From Paramecium tetraurelia (taxonomy: Eukaryota): a stretch of 64,000 nt of DNA. Positions within the stretch are counted from its first letter, which is position 1; every line of letters starts with the position of its first letter. A program made the translations under genes and the position numbers. The notes beneath the pieces were generated by a model. It did not search any database, was not told the origin of the DNA, and saw only the letters and a program-made list of their open reading frames with translations. The stretch is taken from NCBI GenBank assembly GCA_000165425.1, contig CT868174.1, forward strand, positions 310,001-374,000. The letters run 5' to 3'. Positions 51,550 to 64,000 of the stretch are shown here, one piece after another.

Positions 51550-52221
51550 ATGGCTGAATAAGAATCTGTAGCCACAGTTAAATTTGCAAATCAACCAAAA
51601 TTATTCGGAAAATGGGATTATGATGAAGTACAAGTGACAGATTAATGCTTCAAAGATTATATTGCAGTTCAAACATCAAAATCAAGAGTGTTTGTTCCCC
51701 CATACTGCTGGAAGGTATTTAGATGGGTGATAATATTAATAGATATCAAAGAAAGAAGTTTAGAAAGGCTTAATGCCCAATTGTTGAGAGATTAGCTGGT
51801 GCACTTATGTTTCATGGCAGAAATACAGGTAAGAAAGTAAAGGCTGTAGCAATAATCAGACATGCCTTTGAAATAGTGCATTTATTGACAGGCAAGAATC
51901 CACTTGCAGTATTGTCATTAGCTGTCTAAAGAGGTGGAGCCAGAGAAGATTTCACTAAAGTAGGAACAGGTGGTGTTGCCAAATAATAAGCAGTTGATGT
52001 TGCTCCAATTAGAAGAGTTAATGAAGTATGAAATTCAAATATATTAAAAGGCTGTTCACAATTTAGCCAAAGGAGTCAGAGATTCTGTATTTAAGAAGAT
52101 GAAAACAATCGCTGAAGCCTTAGCTGATGAATTGATTGCAGCATCCAATGAAGACGGATAAAAGTCATACACTATTAAAAAGAGAGACGAATTAGAGAAA
52201 GTCGCCAAAACCAATCGTTGA
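51550..52221 (+). CDS. RPS5: 40S ribosomal protein S5 (uS7)
   Basis: [65 protein letters not shown]. Two tiny introns. Confidence 0.97.
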
Positions 52222-52414
52222 TTACGATCATTAATTATATTTTAGTACAATAGAAAATTAACATATTTAAAAATATACATTGTTTAATAAAAACTAGAAA
52301 ATTTGTAATAATTAATTCTACTCTTTTTTATATATATATTTCCTCTATTGATGAGTTTTATCTCAAAATATTATATAAATAATTGGTTTGGCAAGGAACC
52401 CGAAATTATAAAAT

Positions 52415-54256
52415 TCAATGATTTTTCATATGGTTAAATGATTAAGCAATCATGATTGATGTTTGACTTTTTTCTCTTTGATATTCATTTTATAAGACAA
52501 AGGGATCTTAAGATACCAATAGCATATCTTAATAAGAATATTAAGGCAATTATATTCTATACAAGAATTATTGATATTCCTCATTTTATTACAATTCTTA
52601 TGGAATTATTATTGATAATAAAGTATGAAATTCTTAAGCTATCAAACTAGATCCAGTATGTGCAGTGAAAAACATCTTAAGTTTTTATTCAAAGGATCCT
52701 CTTAGTAAGACACTCAAACAAGTTAAGAACTCTCTAAAATCTAGCAACTCTGATTTATTTTCATCAAATAAGCTAAAGACTAATTCATATTTGTGTCTAT
52801 CTAATACTTGATATTTAGTGTAATGCTAGTGAAATTATTCCTATTGAATTCTATAGAATTAAATTTTTATACCATCAGACCGAGAAATGCTTCCTTATTA
52901 ATGCCATACTTTTATGATTTGATCTGCTAAATAAATAGGGCTTATATTTCAAGATCATCACCATCTGAAGACTCAGTTAATTTAGCTTATTATTTAGCAT
53001 CTTTTTGATCTTTTCTAATAATACATAAACTTCCAGATTCCAAACAATATTTTTTAAATTCTTTTTAAATTTGAAGTATCTCTTCAGTATCAAAGTTTGT
53101 GATTTTTTTAAGTCTAAAAAGTATTAATTTATCCTCATCAACCCATGATTGGCTTGTTTATGAATAATATTATTCTATTTAAACTTATCTCTCAAATGGT
53201 GGAAAGTACGCATTTTCTTTACTTAATAATTTAGCTAAATCACTATGTTTAATGACTGAAGATATGTATAATATATATACTCTTTCCGATCTCCTCTATG
53301 AGTCCTTACTGATTCATATCTAAACACTTAGCTGCCTAAAGTAATGAAAAAATGGTTGCCTAATCAATAGGAATGAAGGATTTCCTCTTAAACATTGCTT
53401 CCCAAGTAATTAACAATGAACTTGTGTTTAACACTTACAACAATAAGGTTAATAACATTTGAGGCCCTGAAACATCTAAGAAATTGAAAAGTTACTCAGA
53501 ATTTTATACATTCAATCCTTTTATAATAGACTTCAAAAAATAGAGCTCTGCTTAAAAACCAATTAAAGTTGCTCCCTGGGAGTTGGAATAAAATCTTGGA
53601 GGTATAATAAATTTGAAAATGTGATTCATAATGTGAAATGCTCCCTCTTCATCTGATAAACATAACAGAACTGTTACTATGAAATTCATTCCTTAACAAT
53701 ATCCAATGATGGGATAATGAGTCACAAATAGTTATAAAACTCTATTTATCGATGCTCTAATTAAGGATTGATCATAGCCTTATTAGCATTAAGTTATAAA
53801 CTCTCTTAAACTATAATTAAATAGAAATGCATCAGTTCTTCCTGCCAAAACATCTTTACCAATTATTTCTTTGTCATTTTCAGAAATAGAAATTTCCATC
53901 TTGATTTATCTTTCTTGATTTCCGATCCATTTAGATTACAACAAGGATCTAGTGTTCCATTTGAGACCATTTTCTTGAATTATCTATTGATAATGTGTAT
54001 AATCTCGAAAACAGTTATCACAGACACGTTATTGTTTATTGAAATCTTTGACAAAATCATTGGGTTTGGCATATAACTAAATTCCTAGTTACATATACTT
54101 AAACACGATTTTCACTGCAATGATTACAAACATCGTGGTGACACATCTTGCATCTATAAGTTTTTCTCAATTTTCTAGATAAATTTTATGTCATTTTTAC
54201 AAAGCCTATAAATTCTTTGCACATACACAACATTTCGATTTATGAAACAATATCAT
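52415..54256 (-). CDS. FYVE-like zinc finger + Rab-GAP TBC + EF-hand protein
   Basis: CCVC..RKTYRCKMCHHDVCNHCS..RVCDNC; IGKDVLAGRT and IGYCQGMNFI; FSLFDENKSELLDFREFLTCLSVLLRG. Confidence 0.87.
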
Positions 54257-54355
54257 AATATGAGATTATTATAAAAATAAATAGAATAATAGATTATAAT
54301 ACATCCATTTTTAATGGATTAGTTAATTTTGTGAGTATTTATATATAATAATAGA

Positions 54356-55345
54356 TCAATAGTTGAGTGATTGATTTTTTTTAGTAATGAATTTAATTTT
54401 AATACTTGATGCTTTTTTCTGATTGTTATGTGATTCCATGTCATTTGTATATGTTTATTGTTATTCTTATTTCATACACTCTGAAATCATTGAAAATTAT
54501 TCTTAACTATTTTTGTTTTCTGATAATTCTTCTTAGATACGTGAATCATCTTGATAAGGGACATGGTTATGTTATTGGTTAATTTATGATTGGAAAAGAA
54601 TCTTCTACTTTATTGGTTAAGGTAGAGTAGGTGGGAGTGAATACATATCAACATTTTAAATTACCTTATTTAGTTACAATGTAGGCTATTTTTAGAATTA
54701 CTTTTCAGGGACTTGATTATTGAAGGTTGGATTGTGTTGTTGAAGGATATGGTCGTCTAATTTTTCTTTATTTTGAAATGTCAATTTACATTGGATACAT
54801 ATAAATACGGATAGATCATTCAAATGGTCTTAAAGCACATGGGTTGTACTTTGTATAACATTCGAGAATGATTTATTGCATTGTTTGCACTTTAATTCAG
54901 AATTTACATATAGTTTTTAGAATCCTTGGAAGAGTTGCTTGTATGGATTGTCTTTGTATTGTTTATTGCACATTTATTTTAACGCTTGTAATTGATTGAG
55001 AGAGCCTTCTTTCATCTTTTCACTTATATGATAATAAAATCTGGAAACTAATTTTTTTGCTGTTGATTTTAAATCTTGGGGAGTTGCTGCAGGTTCTGGT
55101 TCATTTGAAGTTAGAACAATCTCAACACTAGCTTCATCACTAATAATTATTTCTGGTTTTTATTCAGAAGGAGGGAGATTGCATTAAAAATCTTTTGACA
55201 CATGAATAGATTATTGATCAATGATTGATGTTAGTAAATCAATTTTCTCTTATAATTTAGTCATATTTTTACGACACTTTTTCATTTTGGCTAATATTAA
55301 TAGGTTATTTGGAGTTTGCATTAATAATTTAAATAATTGGGTCAT
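54356..55345 (-). CDS. C2H2 zinc-finger protein (two fingers)
   Basis: CKQCNKSFSNVIQSTTHVLQDH and CIQCKLTFQNKEKLDDHILQQH. Open frame to TGA 54356-54358. Start codon uncertain. Confidence 0.75.
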
Positions 55346-55501
55346 TTATTAATGTCATTTTCATTTATATATATATAATATTGAATATATAAATTATATA
55401 ATTTTAATTATCTAAAATTATCGTTGTGAATTAACGTAAGTTAATGTTAAATCCTAAACCCAGATTACGAATGATTAAAAATAATAAACAACAAACACAA
55501 A

Positions 55502-56968
55502 ATGGCATTAACCAAGGTCGTTCTTCTTTGTATTCAAAATAAGAAATAAATAACAATTACTCATGATTAAATCTATAAACACTTCTCCTAATATGGCTAG
55601 ATCGAAAAAGTAAGCACAATTTATATCCTTAGATTTTGATATTTGAAAAAACTCAAATTTGGAAAGTCTTTTTGGAAACCAAAAACAAAGAAACTGCATA
55701 AAACTTAATAAAGCAATGCACTAACAATATTTTGAATTAAGATGCTTCCTTAAGAATGTAATTGTATCCCAGCAACCTAGAGAATCCCACCTTTTCTGAT
55801 ATGAATTCTGCTGGCAAAGGTAATCTTACTCTTAAATTACCCCTAGATTATTTTAAATCCAAAGAGAAACGAGACTCTCTTAATTCAACTGACGACGAAT
55901 AGACTTCAGTAGGCAGCCAAGGTGAATAATATCCTAATCTAAATTCCACCAAAAATTATCCCCAAAATATTTAATAATCAATCTATTAATACTAACAACA
56001 TTTACAACAAAGATTATACGAATAATAAGTACTCTAGATGAGACTCCAAACCCAAAGTTTGGATCTCCAAGTCCCTGATTATGTAAATACTCTAGCCTCA
56101 GCATAATGGGTTGAATAATTTGTGTAATTGGGAAAATTACTTCAAACTTAATATCTACTTCAATATCAACTTATTGATGGCTATATTAATTATATCAAAT
56201 AGGAATCTGTTAATGCTTTATCAGAAATTCAAAACTAACAACGACAACAATAATTATAATAATAATAATAGTTGCAAACTCAAATTAATACTCTTAATCA
56301 AATCTACCATGTTGAGTAACCAGAGAAATCCAGAGTCATTGTGGCCAAGTCTTTTGATGACTCTGTTACTACCATCGACATGCTCTATAACCTTTTTAGT
56401 ATCTATGGAAACATAGACAAAATGGTATATTAGAAGGACAAATCCACCTTGTTGGTTGAATACCATCTCTAAAAATGTGCTGATCAATGTATGGAGAAGT
56501 TGAATAATGTTGTATTCCAAGGCCAAACTCTTTAAGTAATATTTCAATAATATTCTAGATTACCTATTCAATTCTGTAAGAAATAACATTCTTAGATGAA
56601 CTAGAAGAATTGGGATTGGTCGAAAAGACTTTCTATGAAGAAAGATTCATTGGATCTGAAGCCACTAATAGATATAAACCAAAAAATTCCTTTATTGCTG
56701 CTGCACCCAATGATACTATCTTTCTGATGAATTTATCAAATGAATTACTCAACATTGAAAGTCTACAACCCCTTATAGAAACTGATATTGTTGAATATAA
56801 GTAAATTTCATATTTATATTTAGATTTTATGAGGACCCAAAGTAAAAACATAGCTGTGCCTTAAAATTCAAAACTGTTGAAGATGCTATGTATTTCTTAG
56901 CTAAAAATCATGGCAAAGTAATGGCTGATAGAAAAATCTTAATGACTTTTTCCAAAAAGCCTATGTGA
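55502..56968 (+). CDS. PTB/hnRNP-L-like RRM protein (three RRM-like domains, Gln-rich linker)
   Basis: KVVLLCIQNKKQITITHDQIYKHFSQYGQIEKILIFEK; LYNLFSIYGNIDKMVY; APNDTIFLMNLS...CLKFKTVEDAMYFLAKNHG...LMTFSK. Confidence 0.82.
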
Positions 56969-57413
56969 TTCAATTTTTATATAATTATTAATTTAAACAC
57001 CTGCTCAAATTAAAAATTAAGCATTCATTAAATTTAATATTACTGACTCTAATGAAATAAATTATTAATCATCATTCTGATTGATAATTATTGTATTTAA
57101 TCTATTGTAATTTGACCATAGAATATTAAATTCAAAATTTATCATCACTAAAACTTAATGTTAATAAATACTTACAATAAGAAACGAACAGATTCATTTA
57201 ATAACATTTTATAATATTATAATCATATAGTTAATTAAATTACCTTTATGTTATAAAATTATAAATGATATTCAAATTTTTATAATAAAAAAAAGAACAA
57301 GAGAATTGCATATGAGAAATTTAATGGCAGGAATTCTACATTATATTTACTATTTTCAATATACAGAAATTATGAATATATTTAATCTAGTTGTTTTTAA
57401 AAACTCAAAATTA

Positions 57414-58054
57414 TCATTTTTTCATTCTTCCTTTGCCTTCTTTACGGCATTCAATAGAACAAAACCAAGGCTCGTTTTCAGGAGGAAAGTCCTTTAATTT
57501 AACACATTCTAAATGAAACCATTCTTTTGAACATAATTGATTATCGCACATAACCATTTATCCAAATGAGGGCTTTTAACATATACAATACAAAGGTTCA
57601 CTTTAACTTGCATTCTAAAATATTTCTTTGCTTTATTCAATTTCTTGATTAATTTTCTTTCTCTTCTCCTTCTAGTATTTACTCAATATTAGGAATCTTC
57701 TTTTATGATCAGGTGCCATACTTGATTTTAAGTTTTCTTCAAATTTCTTTAAATCATTGTCCAATTACTTAATTTATGATGATAATTTACTTAAACAGCG
57801 CTATCAACAACTTCATAGACTTTATCACTAATATTAATTTTTTCTTAGGATAAATTGACGCTTTCTTCGTACAATTAATCAATTTCCACTTTAGTTTTCT
57901 CATTTTTTTACTATTTGTATTGCTTTCTTAAAGTGGTTAGCTTTTATTGAATTTTGGTAACCTTCTCATCTAATTCTTTGATTAATCTCAACGATCGAGT
58001 AACTTCTTGTGGTACATGACTTTGTCTGTCAAAATAATCTTCCAATTATGCCAT
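57414..58054 (-). CDS. ING: ING-family (inhibitor of growth) PHD-finger chromatin reader
   Basis: [61 protein letters not shown]...WFC. Confidence 0.92.
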
Positions 58055-58105
58055 TAAATAAGTCTATCTTTATAAATATATATAAAAAATTAATTAATTG
58101 GATAA

Positions 58106-59619
58106 TCAGAATAGCTTTTCAATAGCCAGTCTAGGTTCGTTATATTTTAAATATTCTCTTAATCTAAATGTGGATTGTAAGACCAATCTGCAATCAGGTG
58201 CTGGCAATACTTATTCAACTAAAAAGTCATATAAAGTCTTCAACTCTTTATCATCCTTATTCTCATAATAGGGGATAATTGGAATGCCATTTTCTAGATG
58301 GACTCCAAATGAATAGGCAGCATTGTCAACCAATACAATATCTTTAAGATCTCTATTAAAAATCTTCAGATCCTTTATGTGCACTCCATCAGGTGATAAA
58401 ACACAATTGTCTCTAAATAGTTAAGCTGAAAGTAATTGATTTTTAGGATCTAGTTATTAAATGACTTAACTAGCATAACATTAATGAGATGCTGTGAAGA
58501 CAACCACTTCACATATTTAACTTAATTCTTAAAGTATCCATTTAGCATAAGGTCTAATATTGATACCTGCTGAGACTGTATCACCTGAGGGGAATGTTAT
58601 AGGTATATATACATCAGCCTTGAGTGATTAATTTTCATTGCAATGAATCAATGTTTCATCAAGATCAAAAACAACTGTTTTTTAATCTAATATTATCTGT
58701 GTAGTATAATACATTTGCAATTCAATTTGGGAGGCAAATTTAATATTTTAGATTGAATTATTTATTGATCTGATTCTTTGAGATTCATGCAGAAGCCAAC
58801 ACAATTGAATGTTTGAACTGCATGATCTCTGAATAATTATTGCTCAGATGTTTGAGGATATTAATGTTTAAACGCTTCAACGAGCGAAGTGATATAATAT
58901 ATTTATTCTAAATAGGTTTTGGATCATTACTTCTGGGCTTGGCTGATTCAACTCTAGTGGATGGAGATAAAGACTTAGTTTATTTGAAAGGGGAGATGAG
59001 CTTTTTGTTTGGTCTACTCACTTGAGTGATGAAATCATCTAAGCTAACTTTTAGATTATCTTTCTTGTTGTTATCTTTCTTTCCTTTCAATTGTTATGCA
59101 ATTTATTAAGCAAATTTATTAGATGGAAATCTTTGATCGATTGACATTAGATTATATTTCTTCTATTTAGATTAAGGGGTTGTGGTTGTTTAAATGATAG
59201 GTGTAAGTAAGGCACTAGCCGACTTTTCCAATTATGAAAAATTACGATGCAAACTATTTTTCGTTTTAGGCAATACTTATGAATTATTTTACATCTTTGC
59301 TTGTTCTTTCAGATTGTTTTTTTAATACAAAAAATATTTCATCTTTTTTGTTTACTATAAATGAATACTTCTTATGCAGTTCTACATGATTATGGTGTAT
59401 TATTTCTGGGTGTGATGGTTTGTTATTAGTTAGAGGGTTGTGGCTATTAGTGATTTCGATCTCGTTCAATATTCTTTCCTTTGCCTATGGAATAGAGATT
59501 GGTTAGGGTTTGAAATTATTCTCTAATTGATACAACAATGTGGGATACCTTGTGATATTGGCTTTGATTGGTTTAACTTCCTATCGCGATGTAACAGATT
59601 TAATATTTTAGTTTAACAT
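58106..59619 (-). CDS. FCP1/SCP-like (NIF domain) CTD small phosphatase
   Basis: VVFDLDETLIHC, INIRPY, VVVFTASHQCYA, FRDNC, KDLKIFNRDLKDIVLVDNAAYSF, NGIPIIPY. Confidence 0.92.
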
Positions 59620-59693
59620 TTATTTATAATTATGTAATCGTGTAAATATTGATAAATAAAATAATACAATGATTTTTTAGCTTATAGATATCA

Positions 59694-60071
59694 ATGGTTG
59701 CAGAAAATAAAGTGGCAATGAATTAATTTAGTGAACAATGTAAATAAATAACTGGATAATAAATGCAATTCATCCAAAATTACTATTAATTCCTTGTTTT
59801 GAACAAGAAAGAGAAAGAGAAGGTGGAGGATAACAAAGATGAAAATAAGAATAATGAGGAAACATAGTAAGTAAAATAATAGGATGAATATATGAGCAGC
59901 AGAACTAGGAATATAGGAGAAAACGATTTAGTTTATAATAGATTATCTGAAGAAATTGAGTAGTTGGATTAATAACTTATATATGACTGCTAATTTTGTC
60001 CAAAACTATTCAAAAATAATGTGCACTTGTATTGGCATACTTGTCAGAAACATTATGAAGAAAATTAGTGA
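59694..60071 (+). CDS. Small protein with a single C2H2 zinc finger
   Basis: 125-codon open frame ending CQFCPKLFKNNVHLYWHTCQKHYEENQ-TGA. Confidence 0.65.
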
Positions 60072-60085
60072 TTTAATTAATTACA

Positions 60086-62702
60086 TCAATTAAAGTCATC
60101 AATGTCATCATCTACTATTTACTTATTCTATTGTTTGTTGATCTAATCCCACTCTTCTTAGAAATAACTCTACGTTGGTAAAGCATATAGATCTGAAAAC
60201 AAAATATAACATTTCCAAATCAATTACTCTATTTTTAAATGCAACCCAATCTATCGTATATCAATATCTTCAGCTATCCTTGCAAAAGCCTCTAAAAACT
60301 CAACGAAGCTCATTTAAAATATTCTATCTGAATTAAGTTCATCAATCTAACTCATCATGGCTTTATTGAAAGCAAATAATGGAATATTAGGTCCAAATGT
60401 TTCAATTTAATTTAATCCAATGTGAGCACACATTTCTTACAGTTCCTACAAACTCATGAATGGCTTTTGGCCAGGTTTCACTTTCTTCACACTATATCGA
60501 ATATAAATGCTATCGAGAATAGTCTTATAGTGTTTCATACAAAGATCACATTGTTCATTCCAAAACCTAGTATCCCTAAAAACTTGAGTATTGTATTTAT
60601 TGAACTCATCCTTTAATTGATCATTCCACATCCATTTCAGAGCTTCTTCAAATGATTTTGCTACTCCATTCTTTATATACTTATCCTCTGCTATTCTCAC
60701 AAACATCTCTAAGAATTAAAACCTCACCATCCCTCTCTCTGGCTTCCTATAGTTACCTTTCTCCGTTCCTGAAATTGTAGCCAAATACTTCAATTCCATA
60801 TCCTATTATTTAATAGTACCTTTCTCACTAGCCTCTGTCATTCTTACTGCACTCAACAATTATAGATTTATTAATGATGAGATGGCCCAAATGTCTCCAA
60901 CTGGTGACAAACAAGCATAGTGTCTAAATTTCAGATATCTTTTACTTATAAGTATCTTTGATCTATTAGTAATTGGCCAGTAAAAAACTATAACATGCAT
61001 TCTTGTCATTCTCATCCTTTATTAACTTTGTAATCCTACTTTGGTTCCAATCACTGATAAAACACTTCTCAATCAATTCTTCGTTGTCTTTCTTCCAATC
61101 CTTAAACAATGATATTGGAAATGTCCATAGTACACGATTATCCACTCTCTCAGGTATGTAAAGTAGATCTTCCTATCTTGGTTGAACATTTATAATGGGC
61201 ATATAATATTTATCTATGATTTGTGTTCCTGCAACATTCATATAATTTAATTGGTGCAACTTCACATCAATTTCCTTATCTTAAAATTTGACTTTGTTCA
61301 AAGGCAGAGGCCATCTCTTATGGAGTTAATCCTTAGCTACACATTGCATATTGTCATTTGTAAAGAAATAATAACACATCCCTGGAGGTACCATTCTTTA
61401 GACTCTTAAACCAGACTCAACCTTACCCATGTATAAATCATCATAATTTAAATAAGATAAATGCAAGAACATGGGATCATTTGCAGGCCCAGATGCTTGT
61501 GGATTCCATGAAAATTCTACTTGTCTCCATCCCTCACAAATCCAGCAGCAATCTTTTATATTAGAGTCTCTATAGGATCTTAATCTTTTTTATTTTATGT
61601 ATTGACATCCTTGTATCCTTTAAGCAATTTAATGTTAAGTTTGCTCTACAATACCCTTTTCAATAGGCACCAAAAAACCTTTAGGATCAACATATCCACA
61701 ATTTCCGGTGTAGTGAAATCCGAGTATACTCTTATTCTTTTTTAATCCCTCAGCAATTTAAGAAGTAATTTTGTAATCTATTTTGTTAAAGGATAGATCA
61801 AAGTGTATGAGTTCCTTATTCAATTAAACCATCTTGTTGAAACTTTGAGACCAATCATAGCCTATTCCTAGAGAATTCTACGATAAATCCAACACTTTTA
61901 GATTAGACTTTTGCATATTGTTGAATATAGAAACAGCTGCAAAACCATTCAGTTTATTGAAATGAAGATACAACTCAGCAATATCTTCATTGGTTATTAA
62001 CATATTTGAGAGAGCATTCACACAATTATTTGATATATTATTCTTGCTCAAATTGACACTTTTTAAGGATCGATTGTATGCAATTCTATCTAATATTTCA
62101 ATGACATGACTTTCTTGTAATTTGTTGTCTTCCAAGTTCAATAATTATATTTTGCAATCTCTACTAACCAATGAATTACCAATCTCCAAACATCCAGTAC
62201 CAATCTTATTCTTTGACAAACTCAACGATATAGCTCCACGAGTACTCTTTATAACCTCCGATGAACTCAGCTGAGTCATCCGATTATCGTTTAAATTGTA
62301 TTCCTTTATATTGTTTTATTTCTATAACCCTCTGGCTAACATTATCATATACTTGTCTCCATACTTCATATGGCTATTGATAATTCAATAATACTTTAAA
62401 TGTAGAGCATCATTCTTCTGCCGATTAAATAATCCGAAACTTCCTGGTTGCAACTGAGAAGATGACAAAGTGGTCATCATATTATCATTTCGATTAAAGA
62501 TTTTGTTCTACTCTTACATTCTCTCAGTGGTTTTTTGTAATTTATAAAAATCCGATTTTGTTGTTGGCAAATTAACAGGACTTATTTCATAACTGAAATC
62601 TAACTCCTCTTCATCTTCTTTTTGAGTTAAGTAATGACAATATTTCTATGCAGGAATCTTAGGCAGAGATTAGGTGCATTATGCTTTTTATCTAAATTTC
62701 AT
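60086..62702 (-). CDS. Leucine-rich repeat (ribonuclease-inhibitor-type) protein with CWICEGW motif and helical C-terminal domain
   Basis: YNLNDNRMT, LSLSKNKIG, LNLEDNKL, VNLSKNNIS, LYLHFNKL, LDLSQNSL, LDLSFNKI; GFHYTGNCGYVDPKGFL; CCWICEGW. Confidence 0.87.
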
Positions 62703-63170
62703 AGTACTAAGTTATAAATCAATTAATACAATATAATTTAATCATCTTATCTTTGATAAATTATAATATATACAATATCAATCTATAACTAATTATTCAA
62801 TCACACTCACAGCACAAGTAGTCTTCGTTTTGGTCAAAATTCAGTTAATATTTCTAACACAATCACAGCAGCAAAATTATCATATCATTAAATAATTGAT
62901 ACTATAATTGTCGTTTTCCAAGATTTTTAATAATCTCAATTAGAATCATGATGTATATAGAGTCTAACATTGAAATAACTATCATTAAATTAATATTCGT
63001 ACTTAATTAGCCTTGATCCTCATACTATAAGCATTACTTAATTATAGGTACATCCTTTTAAGTACTTTATTGAACCATTAATTATTATATAACCAATTAA
63101 CATCTTCAATCTATGTGTTGTACTGACCTTAAATATTTCATATAAAACAAATTAAATTAAAAAAATATTC

Positions 63171-64000
63171 ATGAAAAGACATAGCATTGGGAAACGATTT
63201 CGCAAAATGAAGGGATTGCGTAAAACAGATCCTAATGCGGTCATTCCAGAAACTCCTAAATAACTTCAAGATTATATAGAAACCTTGACAGCTTAAGGTG
63301 TGTAGATCAATAAAGTTAAGTATGCAATCTTTAAAACTAAAAATGGTTTAAAATATCCAGGTCTAGTTGGTATTGAAATCCTTCTATAACTTAGCATCTG
63401 AGAAAATCTTATCAAATGAAACTCTAGTTTCAGTGCCAAGAGATTTGCTATTAACAACAAGACATGCATTTGAATCTCCTTTAAAACAAATGTTTTTAGA
63501 CCATCCACAATACTTTAGCAATCAATTCTACCCTTCTTGGGAAGATCATTAATTAATGGCATTTATCCTGTATGAATATCAGAGAGGACCTGAATCTGAA
63601 TGGCACCTACTAATCTCTAATTTGCCTAGAGACATCGATTATCTAGTATTTTGGAATCCTGAAGAATAAGAGCTATTGGATGATTAGCAATTAGTCAAAT
63701 TGGCTAGAAAATAATATCAAGAATTTGTAATTGAATACGAAACTCTCAAATGCATCACTGATAAATATCCACAACTATTCAAACCAGAAACCGTAACATT
63801 TGAAAATGCCAGATGGGTCTATACACATCTCGTTACAAGGTGTTTCGGCAAGTACTTAGCTTATGTTACAATGGTACCATTTTGTGAATTATTTAATCAT
63901 GAATGCACAGACGTGTTCTATGATTTTGAATACAATCCTGATAATCCTAATAAGAGTGAGGAGAGTGAATAGGCTTAAATTAAAGAGTTGAAGGATGATG
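63171..64000 (+). CDS. SET-domain (Rubisco LSMT/SETD3-like) lysine methyltransferase, 3' truncated by window
   Basis: YPGLVASEKILSNETLVSVPRDLLLT, SEWHLLISNLP, WVYTHLVTRCFG, MVPFCELFNHE. One 25-nt intron. Confidence 0.87.

Noticed and set aside
1..64000. Most ORFs in the supplied six-frame track
   Set aside because: They were computed with TAA/TAG as stops and without introns. Most are antisense or off-frame shadows. Only a few (e.g. 26820-27317, 28023-28217, 31047-31292, 44021-44347, 60446-60706, 61878-62141) are in-frame fragments of larger genes.

Overview
AT-rich, gene-dense eukaryotic DNA from a ciliate macronucleus, most likely Paramecium (aurelia group). The genes read with TAA/TAG = Gln and TGA as the only stop, and carry tiny (~20-32 nt) GT..AG introns. 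The supplied standard-code ORF track is therefore mostly fragments or off-frame artefacts. I retranslated by hand and found about 25 protein genes plus several decayed gene remnants. I saw no rRNA, tRNA, telomere, transposon or CRISPR. Recognisable genes: RPS5, a type I DnaJ, tRNA isopentenyltransferase, a T1-like trichocyst matrix protein, a MORN protein, ING, an SCP/FCP1-like phosphatase, a PTB-like RRM protein, a SET methyltransferase and a CAMK-group kinase. Most unusual: (1) a >3,900-aa protein with an RCC1-like head and at least 42 alternating A/B ~80-aa repeats (1-11747, runs off the window); (2) a ~3,450-aa secreted protein with a poly-Ser/basic repeat stalk and 10 tandem LamG-like domains, head-to-head with the trichocyst gene; (3) a NAK-like pseudokinase-ANTH-TKL kinase fusion; (4) two genes separated in frame by only TGA plus 2 codons. 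Domain calls come from motif recognition, not database searches. Gene models and coordinates are manual and may be off by a few bases.
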